Assembly (NCBI RefSeq): GCF_023055435.1 | Contig: NW_025963835.1 | Coordinates: 2,418,001-2,482,000, forward strand | From: Haliotis rufescens | Taxonomy: Eukaryota | Direction of reading: 5' to 3' | Length of the DNA stretch: 64,000 nucleotides | Part shown: piece by piece, positions 1-10,580 of the stretch | Layout: every line of letters begins with the position of its first letter | How positions within the stretch are numbered: the first letter of the stretch is position 1 | Made by a program: the position numbers and the translations under genes | Notes under the pieces: generated by a model | Seen by the model: the letters and a program-made list of their open reading frames with translations, nothing else | Database searches by the model: none | What the model was told of the DNA's origin: nothing

Positions 1-3000
1 AGTCTGAACATGCTGTAATGGCTATACTAAGACTTATCAACAAGTATCGAGGTATGACGTTATATTTCTTATTTACTTGGTTTACAGTCAAACAACCAGG
101 AATGCAGGAAAAAAATCTAGTGGTGAATGAATTAATTAAAGCCCAGTCTGATAATCAAGCTAATAAATAGGGAATATCGCAAGTTGTTTACCTGACTGAC
201 TGCGACAAGTTCAATGACCCGTTATTGTTTGCTCAAATATTCACAGATTCACGGTTACTTCAATTTGTAAAAATATTAACAATTCTGTAACATTTCACCA
301 CAGTGCCATGCGAAAAATAGTGACTTTGAAATTTGTTTTTATTTCGCATCCTAGTGACCTTATACTTGCTTACAAATCCGAAATATATTAGCTAGTTTTA
401 TTTTGAATTTATTTTTATCCCTATTTCGACCACCGGCCAATGGTTTTAAGAAACAGAAATCCGTAAACCATCTTATAAATAGATAAGTGTTATGGTTTGT
501 TTTTGATTTTGAAGACAAAAATCATTATACTTTGATTCCCAAATAATTAATTTGGTTCTCGAAAATTGAATAATGCAACTTCTGTGATCGTTACGGCATA
601 GGGGAGATAACTCTAATTCCCCTGGGGCCTCTGACCAACATCGCCCTTGCGTTGCGCCTGGATCCAGACCTTGGACAGAAACTAAAGGAGGTGTTTATCA
701 TGGGAGGTAATATTGAAGGTAAGGGACCCAGCATTGGATTTTCGGTATATATTTTTTTGCATTTTGTTGTATTTAAATTTATCTATTAATTGATTTTTTT
801 ATTTTATTTGAGTTTTTTTAAAGGGGGGGGGGGGGGGGGGTGTTTACCATCACACACACGCACACACACAATCTTTCACACACATATTACACACACACAC
901 ACTCTCACACACATATCACACACACACATATCACTCACACACACACTCTCACACACATATCACACACACACTCTCTGACACACATTTCACACACATACAC
1001 ACACTCTCTCTCAAACACTCACTCACATATCACTTACACACTCTCTCACAATCATATGTCACACACACTCTCTCACAAACACATCACACACACACATATC
1101 ACACACACACTCTCTCTCTCACACACACATACACCCACTCTCTCTCACACACATATCACACACACACTCTCACACACATATCACAAACACACACTCTCTC
1201 TCAAACACATATCACACACACTCTCTCACACNNNNNNNNNNNNNNNNNNNNNNNNNNNNNNNNNNNNNNNNNNNNNNNNNNNNNNNNNNNNNNNNNNNNN
1301 NNNNNNNNNNNNNNNNNNNNNNNNNNNNNNNNNNNNNNNNNNNNNNNNNNNNNNNNNNNNNNNNNNNNNNNNNNNNNNNNNNNNNNNNNNNNNNNNNNNN
1401 NNNNNNNNNNNNNNNNNNNNNNNNNNNNNNNNNNNNNNNNNNNNNNNNNNNNNNNNNNNNNNNNNNNACACATATCACAAACACACTCTCTNNNNNNNNN
1501 NNNNNNNNNNNNNNNNNNNNNNNNNNNNNNNNNNNNNNNNNNNNNNNNNNNNNNNNNNNNNNNNNNNNNNNNNNNNNNNNNNNNNNNNNNNNNNNNNNNN
1601 NNNNNNNNNNNNNNNNNNNNNNNNNNNNNNNNNNNNTGTAAGTTAAACGTGTGTGTATCGAAGGATTTAGAGAAAAAGGTAACTTCTCTGACAAAGACTC
1701 TATTATTTTACCAGTATTGATATACATGTATGTACCTGCAATTTCTGACTATATGGTGCGAAACCCAAGTAACTGGCCACAATTTAATTATAAGAATATA
1801 ATCACACTATTTATACGAACTGCTTTGTGTGATTTGTTTCCAGGTAAGGGAAGGCTGAGCACCTCAGCTGAGCACAACTTCTACTGTGACTGTGAGGCAG
1901 CCTTTATTTCACTGAGAGAGCTGAAGAATATAGCTATCCTCCCGTATGAGGTTTGCCTCGATACAAACATCCCCTGGGTAGGTCCTAGGTGTGTAGGATT
2001 AAAGTCCGATAGGTAACCAGGTCAACATGCCCATCGCCCAACGCCCAAAGCCCAACTCATTGGCTCTGGAATTACCACAGCCGTCTGTGTCTGTGTGTGT
2101 GTGTTTGTTTACTGCCGGTGTTATAGTGCTAACTAACTTGGATACCATGCCCTATACTTAATTCTGACACAATACACTGACTCCGAGCTGACCAGTCCTG
2201 TGTCCCCTTAATGCTGAGCGCCAGGCAGGGTAACAACCAGTACCATCTTGCTGGCAGACTAAGGATCACGATCTTCACGTTTCTGGGGTCTAACCTATGA
2301 CCAGCGGGTCCTGTAGGGCTATTGAACGCAACTCGGTTCAGCTAGATGATATTTACCTTTACTATGCCTCAGTGTCTTCATCCATACAGAGATCCAGGAA
2401 GACTGCCAAGTCCCACAATACCATTGTTGTAGATCTCACAGAGACAGATAGGTGAACAATTAGGTACTTCCGAACTGCTTTGTTTTCTTTCAGCTCGTGG
2501 AAACGTCACGGTTTCGTCGGAGTTCAACTTTTATATCGACCCTGAAGCCGCATACATCTGCCTGAGTTCGCTTAAGGCCCCACTGTCTATTATTCCGTGG
2601 GAGGTTTGTCTGGATACACAGAGACAGATACCATGGGTATGGATATGAACTACCTTAATGAATGCTGACGGAGGTTTGCATGCTACTGAGGCGTTGCGTC
2701 GTAAAGCTGACTCAGCACTTTCTCCACAAAGTCACGCGTAATCTCGTGTTCTAAGCCACCGATATACGGATTTTTTCTCCTCGAGTTGCCAGGATCTGCT
2801 GAATGTGGATTATGATCCTCGGTCTGTTATTTGCATTCAGAGCAACCTTCGCTAGCTCGAGACTGTTAGATTTAGGTAGTCAATTCAAGTGATGGGAGTC
2901 GAGTAGTATAGGGAATGGGGGTTCTGGACCACTGCCACCAAGACCCGATTCATACCCTCAAACACTGCTACCACAGAGGTCATTTCCCCCACAGTAACGT

Positions 3001-3836
3001 GTTAGGGTATGAATCTGGTCTAGGCGGCGGTGGTCCAGAACCCCCATTCCCTATACTACTAGTAGTCGTCATAGCCTAGTAGCATTTGAGAGTTATAATT
3101 CTAAGTGCTTTTGAGTTTCTACAAATTGAAAATAAATAGATGGTAAGCATGTTTGTCTCGTTCAAGCAGAAATAGTTACAAACTCTAAGGACTGGTGAAG
3201 TAATGTTCCCATAAGTCTTCTCAGCTACTTTTTAGAACGGAATTCCCAAGGCTGACACAGGTTCCCTTTGTTAGAGTCGACGAATGAGGCTTGAGATGTT
3301 AAGGTGTTACCTGATTAATTGTGTCATGCCCTGGATATTTGCTCATGCTATCTACCAATGATAATGCAGATATCTTGGAATATACGAACTCTTGTAAACG
3401 TCTGAGAGAATCAAATCGTCGTGGTCAAATCATAAAGATATTTTAACTCTCATAAAATCTGCACGTAAAGTACAAACCGTATTCAATTTATTTTCGCACA
3501 TATTTGTAGGCTGTCTACGACAAATGGATCGGCCTAGGCACCCCGAGAGCTAACTTCTTCAAGAAAATCACCGAACATTGGATTGAGAAAGTCAAGAGCA
3601 GACGACAACCAGGTTTCCAGTCATGTGATCTCTTTGCCATGACAACAGTGCTGGACAGGGAAAGCATATTGGACAAGGAGGCTGTTCATGCAACTGTGGA
3701 GCTACACGGACACCTGACCCGAGGTCAAATGGTCGTTGACTGGAAGGATAGAATGGGCAATGAGCCAAATGTGACGATAATTAAGAAAATCTGTGTTGAG
3801 AAGGTGAAGCAGTTTGTACTGGACATGCTTCAATGA
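1..3836 (+). CDS. Inosine-uridine preferring nucleoside hydrolase family gene, 5'-partial. Exons <1-51, 602-718, [1844-1977 OR 2494-2636], 3510-3836
   Basis: Spliced translation SEHAVMAILRLINKYR/GEITLIPLGPLTNIALALRLDPDLGQKLKEVFIMGGNIE/ARGNVTVSSEFNFYIDPEAA...IPW/AVYDKW...SCDLFAM...VELHGHLTRGQMVVDW...stop. It contains the family motifs EHA, GPLTNIA, IMGG, GN..EFN..DPEAA and TRGQ.VVD. All introns are GT-AG with matching phases. Confidence 0.93.
851..1491. repeat. Compound (CA)/(CT)-rich microsatellite with assembly gaps
   Basis: Degenerate cacacacatat/ctctcacac repeats interrupted by N runs. Confidence 0.95.
1844..1977 (+). CDS. Nucleoside hydrolase alternative exon A (divergent active-site exon)
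   Basis: tttccag|GTAAGG...CCCTGG|gtaggt. Encodes GKGRLSTSAEHNFYCDCEAAFISLRELKNIAILPYEVCLDTNIPW. Phase 1 in, phase 0 out, no stops. Confidence 0.8.
2494..2636 (+). CDS. Nucleoside hydrolase alternative exon B (canonical active-site exon)
   Basis: tctttcag|CTCGT...CCATGG|gtatgg. Encodes ARGNVTVSSEFNFYIDPEAAYICLSSLKAPLSIIPWEVCLDTQRQIPW. Same phases as exon A. Confidence 0.88.
2902..3060. mobile_element. Short palindromic MITE-like inverted repeat
   Basis: Arms of about 60 bp: agtagtatagggaatgggggttctggacca... and ...tggtccagaacccccattccctatactact, with a spacer of about 35 bp. Confidence 0.8.
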
Positions 3837-4079
3837 TAATACCGCCTCAGCTATCTTCACCAGGGTATCCTACCCTTTGTAACACACGCATTTTGTCACA
3901 CAGCTCAAATGTGAGATGAAATTGGGTTTGACGTCGCCTCCAAGATAATTGCACTTATTGCACTTATATAGCGACGTGCATGCACATGTGTGTGTATGTG
4001 TATGGCTTTTGTATGTTCACAAATTCTTCACTATTCAGCACTGCATTACGTTACTTCATCATACATATTAATATACATG

Positions 4080-4190
4080 GGTTGAGCGGGTAGTCGAGTG
4101 GTTAAAACGTTTGCTCGCCACACCGAAGACCCGGGTCGGATTGTCAACATGGGTACAATGTGTGAGGCCCATTCTAGTGTTTTTCCCTCA
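4080..4190 (+). mobile_element. tRNA-derived SINE family A, 5' fragment
   Basis: gggtagtcgagtggttaaaacgtttgctcgccacaccgaagacccgggtcggatt...gggtacaatgtgtgaggcccatt matches the full-length copy at 49635-49806 in reverse. Confidence 0.75.
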
Positions 4191-4559
4191 TCCAAGGGTC
4201 TTATTAGACAGTGAGTTTTTTTATAATGAGTTTAATTCTATTGCTTGTATCACAATTTTTTGGATTTATTTTCCAGTTTGTTTTCCAATATAAATAAGTT
4301 ATCTAACCTGTCACTCAGGTTCTCAGCATCTAATTTCACGCAGATCGGCCTAATTATAAGTAAGCTGGACAATTCCATCACAACTGGCAAAATCTGAGTG
4401 CATAACAAATGGTATGTGTAACTTATGGGGGACTTGTCAAAAGTCGGTGTGATCATTACTGTTTTCAGGGAGTGGTGGTGGATATAATGCACACGCGTAT
4501 ATACACAGACGTTATATTAAGGTTGAAGGTTTAAATAAACGATCAAAGTGACCTTCTTC

Positions 4560-4800
4560 ATGTTGTTTGTCGTTGAACGCCGCGCTCAGCAATATTACAG
4601 CTACATGACAACAGTCTGTCAATAATCGAGTCTAGATCAGACAATCCAGTTATTGAATTCATAAGCATTAAACCACACAAATTGGATACGATGACATGCA
4701 TCAACCAGGTCAGCGAGCCTGACTTCAAGATCTAGTTAGTCGTCTCTTACTAAAGGCATAGGTTGTTGAAGACCCTTTTCGCGCCCGCCCGGATCTTCTT
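4560..4800 (-). mobile_element. Interspersed retroposon family C (about 270 bp). Other copies near 5040-5150, 8440-8640, 11005-11200, 18411-18671, 31350-31602, 36103-36375, 56249-56508, 60493-60746
   Basis: Recurrent block aacgccgcactcagcaatatt..cagctatatgacggcggtctgtaaataatcgagtctggaccagacaatcc...gtcgcctcttacgacaagcat...ccggatct. Intact copies have TSDs and an (AAC/AACC)n tail. Confidence 0.8.
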
Positions 4801-5239
4801 TCATGTATGCTTTTAGTGATGAATTGTTTTTATGAGTTTGGTTGAATGAGTAAACGTGTGAAAAGCTAGCTGGTTGCCTCAGTGCTTGTAATCGATCCCA
4901 GGGGAACCACAAGCCTACCCTCGGTCTCCATATTGATACCATTGACTGAAGGTCACTTCTGAGTTTTAGAAAACTTAAGACAACTGAAATGTATTCAAGA
5001 TGTTTGAAGCCATACAGTTACACTATTTACATTATTGTTTGTTTGTTAAACGTCCCAGTCAGCAGTTGTTCCAGCTGTATGGTGGCGGTCTGTAAACAAC
5101 CAACACTGGACACGACAATCCAGGGACTGACATGAGCACAATCCACGCCGGAGTACACTCCTGCTACACTCATTCAAGTGACCCTAATATGAACACAGTT
5201 ATCCATCTACTTAAAAAAATAAAACTTGCAAAACGACAC

Positions 5240-5545
5240 GATAGAGAAATCCATTCTTGACATCCAAGTTAAAGTGTCTGGTTAAAGATTGCAGATTTAG
5301 ATAATCTTAAGGAGAATGTTGTAAGAATCGAATTAGGTATGGAGTCAGTGAGCAGCTTTCAGACAAAGAAAACCTAAGAAGGATATTCAGGCGCTTCAGA
5401 CACAAGTGGGTGAATGCCCAAATGTATCTTTCGTTTCATAGTATATCAAACTCTGCAGATGAAAGAGTATATGGTAGATCAACGCTGCAGATCTGTATGA
5501 GATAACCTAATATTTACTGAGACCAGCGAACCAGACACTGCACAG
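5240..5545 (+). mobile_element. Possible degenerate LINE ORF1 remnant
   Basis: Near 5475-5520 it reads VDQRCRSV*DNLIF, resembling the RSMRDNLIF motif of CR1/L2-type ORF1. Heavily disrupted. Confidence 0.4.
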
Positions 5546-5556
5546 TGACACTATGA

Positions 5557-5718
5557 GTGAGTGAGTATGGTTTTACGCCGCTTTAAGCAATTTTCAAGCA
5601 ATATCACGGCGGGGGACACTAGAAATGGGCTTCACACATTGTACCCATGTCGGGAATTAAACCCGGGTCTTCGGCGTGACGAGCGAAGGCTTTAACCACT
5701 AGACTACCCGACCGCCCC
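5557..5718 (-). mobile_element. Full-length tRNA-derived SINE family A
   Basis: Near-identical to 49635-49806. A/B-box-like head, (ACTC)n tail, and flanking direct repeat gacactatga at 5547-5556 and 5722-5731. Confidence 0.9.
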
Positions 5719-5760
5719 ATAGACACTATGAACGTGAGGGTAAGACATTTAGGCGAGAAG

Positions 5761-5965
5761 TGGCCATCGCCATGGCCACCAATTGTTCCCCAGTTCTTGC
5801 GGATCTGTGTCGGGATGCATATTAATTGAATTTCTGCTCGGATTGGCAAAGTCAAAACAAGGTATTTTGGCCAAGAAGTTTAACTTGTTCAATGTTCAAT
5901 AACCATCAGATAGCCGACTCCCTTTCACCGATTTACCCACCTCTACTAGAAATAAAGGAGACCTG
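5761..5965 (+). mobile_element. Penelope-like element reverse transcriptase remnant
   Basis: Reads VAIAMATNCSPVLADLC, then LAKKFNL and SPIYPPLLEIKET. These resemble the PLE RT motifs GIPMGTNCAPLLADL and IYP.ELEIK.T. Confidence 0.65.
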
Positions 5966-5969
5966 ACCC

Positions 5970-7290
5970 TGGATATCATACCTTCCCCCTAGAAGGTTCA
6001 AGATGCTCAAGTGATGACATGTTCCAGTCTATTGGGAATACTCTTACTGATATATCATCCTACACAGATATTATGATTCTCGACATTTCAAAGCTGGAAT
6101 AAAAACATTTGTCTGATTTTGTCACTCTTGATGAACATATAATTGAGAATCTAGAACTTAATGTTGATGACATGAGGGCAGAGCTTGGAATCACCCAAAA
6201 GGATACTAGTAAACCAAATAATTATGGATTAAGAATGACTGACTTATGCAAAAGTCACAATTTATGCATTTATAATGGCAAATGTGGATAGCTTTCACGG
6301 TAAAACTACTTGTAAAATCGTGGCTCATCAAACTATTTAGCAAAATGGTTAGAATTATATGATTCAGAGTTGAATTGTGTCTTTTCTCAAACTTGCATAA
6401 ATGATATCACAATCGGAAATAGAGACATGTAATTATTTTGTTTTCCTATTCATGTCCTTTCAGCGCTTCTGTAAAAAGGTATTTTCCAAAATTCTTTTTT
6501 ATAAAAGAGAAATTGAGTTATTTTCCCTGCAGAAAGCATGGGCATAAATTGTTGTGTAATTATTATAATTATTTTATATATCCAACGTGAACAGATAATA
6601 ATAATGCAGGTGCATACTGCTACAACTGATAACTCACAACACTGCAACTGCTTCGAAAAGCATACACTTGCTATTCGCGATACTTCACTCGAGTGTTTTC
6701 ATTGACTGTAACACGTCTTAGTTACATTAGCGTGTATCGAGTATGATTAGCCGGGTTCGGCGTAGCACTGCTTACCAAAAGTGGAGAAATGATGTTGCCT
6801 CGAGCTCAAAAGGTCTTTATTATCAATATCTCAAAACGTATCCATTATTTGACGCATATCTATCTTTTCCAAAGCGATTCTATATTCCATTACTAAGATT
6901 TATTACATCTTATCATAATCTACCGATAGAAACTGGCCGCAGAGAGAACTTGCAATCTTTGAAAATGTTTTTCTATTGCTGATGAATTTCATTACATATT
7001 TTACTGTAAAACTCTCTGTGAAGCAAGAAAAATATACTTACCATCTCTCATAACAAAATATCCAAGTATACCAAACTTAGTTAAATTATTTACAACCAAA
7101 GGCGCTAAAGAAATTATTACTCTGTCAAAATACCTCTCGAAGGTATTATCTCTTACAAGAATTTTAACTCAAGCCATCTTGTATAATATCTTGTATTTAT
7201 TTGTTCTGTATTTCATCATTGTGTATTTTCATTTGTCTTTGTATACTGTATATGCTCTTGTACCACCAAACGTGTTTTTTTTAGAATAAA
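5970..7290 (+). mobile_element. Degenerate CR1/L2-group LINE: APE endonuclease piece (about 5970-6320) and ORF2 C-terminus with 3' end (about 6770-7290)
   Basis: NNYGLRMTDLCKSHNLCIYNGK is an APE motif. KWRNDVASSSKGLYYQYLK...LRFITSYHNLPIETGR...DEFHY is a typical ORF2 C-terminus. aataaa near 7285. Confidence 0.75.
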
Positions 7291-9099
7291 TGAACTTGCT
7301 ATCGCCATTGCCGTGAAACGTTGTTTGTCACCGGAAGTAGTAACCTATCACGAAGTCCCGTGACCTACTCACTGACCCTTTTACCTTGTGCAGAAGACTC
7401 GGTGGGCGCCTCGTTAGGATGGCAAGTGCAACGCAACTTCCCCCTGCCAACAACGAGCTCTCAGCTACTGATTTTAAACTATAGAGTGGTGTGTGTTTCT
7501 GCTCGTATCCTGCAGATGTTATTCCATGTATCAGTTTATATCAAAAAGAAGAGCAAACCATATGTTACGACACATTGCCCATTACAATTTATAACTTAAA
7601 AACTTCAGGAACTTTTCTCACTGTTCATAGGGCCCCAGTGGCCGAAGCAATTGCGAATCTCCAGGGAAACGCCATGCAGTGTGTAAGGTTTGAAAATATC
7701 TTAAGACCCGTTTATGCGAAATATATGTATAATATAAAGAATATGCAACTGCGTAGTATATTGAGTAATACCCAAAGGAATATACAAATTCGTGATACAT
7801 TATATTTTGATCAATTGACATACAAATGTAAATAGATAATGCTTATTAAGGAGCTTGTGGTTGGGTAACTGGCAGAAACACTTCCTCCTTGTGGTATCGC
7901 ACGACATTGGACGTTTGAATGGGGTGGCTACAAATCATGAGGTCTCTGCACGTCATGCGCCTCCAAGTACCGAGTGTAACAATAACGGTATTCAAGTTAC
8001 ATTCCAGTATTCTGTGTCCCCTTTAGAATAACAACGTATTTCGCAGCGCGTGGGTGTGAATTGGACAATTACAATTTAAAGGGAAGGCTATTAAAGCACT
8101 GAAGGTAACACCACCATGAATATACCTTATCGCTGTATAAAGAGACGACGTCCTATAGAAATAGTGTGTCACAGGTGTTGACAGGTATGTTATAGTCATG
8201 CTTGGTGACCCTGTTGGAGCGAGTGAATACATCTTTACACAGAAGTCGTCAATGTTCCAGCTTTATCACGGCTGGAGTTTGGCTGTGGTCGATATTGTCA
8301 GCAACTATCCACATTGTCGACGCATGGTTACTGAAAATGAGCTGGGTCAGACATTGTAACCATTCGATCCTAATGTGTCGGACCTAACGATACTGTCTAG
8401 ATACATTCTGTCCCGTTCTGTGTACATCACAGATACTCCTTTAGAATTGGTCCCTAGATGCATACTGGTCGCAAGAGCAGACTTAATGGATCGGGTCCAC
8501 AGGCATGGTTGATTTGTGTCAACGTACCGCGACAGCGATGAACGTTGCTCACGATATCAGTCATTGGTTTGTGTGATCAAAACGCGATTGTTCAAGCCCT
8601 GATATAGCTGGGAGTGTGACGTGGAACAACAAACAAAGAAATATTGCGAAAAGTAATGAGAAAATGAATTGAATAGGTCAAGGGCGTCGTCTACTATGAT
8701 TTATGTATCAACAAGAGGAAACCATTGCTTTTCAGTGGCCCACTCATATAATTTTAAATGGAATCTGTTTCGGATCAAGACTGGTTATGCTCTGGTTATA
8801 CTCTTGAATGTATGCGTGATTCACGAGTGGTTTGAATAATACATGACAGAAGTCAACAACCTACATCTAAATGACGAGCACCAACCACCCACTCAGTAAA
8901 ACCCACACAAACGTGCTGTATTTAAACACGTAGGAGTGAAATCTGATGGTATTTTGATACCCTGTATGAACTTCTGTCACGATATTGGACCCGGGAGCTT
9001 TTGTCACAATATTTGATTCGGGAAAGTACCAATATTCATTGGTGGTTGACTGACAATTATATCCCGTGACGTTCAAGGACATCGAGACTCATCAGGAGA

Positions 9100-9565
9100 G
9101 GTGAGGTGAAATTGGGTTTAACGTCGCGACCAAGATTATTGCACTCATATAGCGACGTGCATGCACGTGTGTNNNNNNNNNNNNNNNNNNNNNNNNNNNN
9201 NNNNNNNNNNNNNNNNNNNNNNNNNNNNNNNNNNNNNNNNNNNNNNNNNNNNNNNNNNNNNNNNNNNNNNNNNNNNNNNNNNNNNNNNNNNNNNNNNNNN
9301 NNNNNNNNNNNNNNNNNNNNNNNNNNNNNNNNNNNNNNNNNNNNNNNNNNACTGAGATACCATGCCCCCCGAATACCCCACTCAGACCCAGTATATTGAC
9401 TCCGAGCCGATCAGTCCTTGTTTTAGCCGCTTAATACCGAGAACCAGGCAGGGTAACAACAAGTACCATCTTTTAACGTGTGTTGGTATAAAGCGGGCGG
9501 TGACCAAACACCGGACCTTCCACTCTACGGGTGGACGCTCTACCACAAGACCAAGGAGGCGGTCA
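9100..9565 (-). mobile_element. Full-length tRNA-derived SINE family B with 15-bp TSD and an internal gap. Fragments also near 2090-2250, 3910-4000, 12105-12245, 15678-15880, 19185-19335, 22540-22690, 41159-41495
   Basis: TSD agactcatcaggaga at 9085-9099 and 9566-9580. Minus-strand head gaccgcctccttggtcttgtggtagagcgtcc...ggtccggtgtttgg. (CCTCA)-type tail. Confidence 0.88.
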
Positions 9566-9765
9566 AGACTCATCAGGAGACACCGAGCTGAATGAATATC
9601 AAAATATTATTTAGGACTGCCCCTTAGCAACATTATGTATACATATACATTATGTTTTTCAGAGCCCGGGTTACAGCTGACGGCGGCCTGAAAATAATTT
9701 GGTCTAACCTGGAATACTCGTGGAATCTATTCAAGTAAATACAGCAGCTAGGGCATTCATCCGAA

Positions 9766-10278
9766 TGTGTGATGTGCGTATGTGGGAGTATGTACTGCGT
9801 ATGTGTGAGTATTTACTGCTTATGCATGAGTGTGTAATGCGTATGTGTGAGTATGTACTGCGTATGTATGAGTATGTTCTGCGTATGCATGAGTGTGTTG
9901 TGTGCATGCATGAGTATGTTTTGCGTATGTGTGTGTTGTGTATATGTGAGTGTGTTGTGTATGTGTGTGTGTGTATTGTGTTATATGTGAGTATGTTCTG
10001 CGTATGTGTTAGTATGTTCTGCGTATGTGTGAGTGTGTTCTGCGTATGTGTGGTTGTTATTTGTATGTATGAGTATGTTATGCGTATGTGTGAGTGTGAT
10101 GTGTGTTTGTGTGAGTATGTTCTGCGTATGTGTGAGTGTGTTCTGCGTATGTGTGAGTATGTTATGCGTATGTGTGTGTGTGTGTATTGTGTTATATGTG
10201 AGTATGTTCTGCGTATGTGTGAGTATGTTCTGCATATGTGTGAGTGTGTTCTGCGTATGTGTGAGTGTGTTGTATGTA
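9766..10278. repeat. Minisatellite of about 21 bp (tgcgtatgtgtgagtatgttc variants), with a second block at 10700-10877
   Basis: Direct tandem repetition. Source of the spurious MCEYVLR and THTQNIL ORFs. Confidence 0.95.
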
Positions 10279-10434
10279 TCCCGCTAGTGACCGGGTTGTT
10301 ATTCAGCCTTGGGACAAGCAATGTTTACAGGTCTCTTCACCCTGTGCACTCAAAAGAACCCACTCGTCCGATGGTGGAAACACGAATACCTACATACACC
10401 CGAAACACAAATGTAAATGTAAATGTAAAATGTG

Positions 10435-10580
10435 AGGTGTCACCCTGGGCAAGTGACTTAGTTCAAATGTGCCTCTGTTCACCTTGCAGGGAATGGGTAC
10501 CCGATATGTGAGATGGATGTAAAAACCTTCTAGCGCCTCTGGGCAGCTTGGGTTACATACTCCCCAGGGAGTTGAGAATC
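10435..10580 (+). mobile_element. CORE-domain-like SINE fragment
   Basis: gtcaccctgggcaagtgacttag...tgtgcctctgttcacc...aatgggtacc resembles the CORE/MIR consensus GTGACCTTGGGCAAGTCACTTAA..TGTGCCTCAGTTTC..AATGGG. Confidence 0.55.

Noticed and set aside
790-1727. His/Thr-rich ORFs
   Set aside because: They are translations of CA microsatellite and N-gaps inside an intron.
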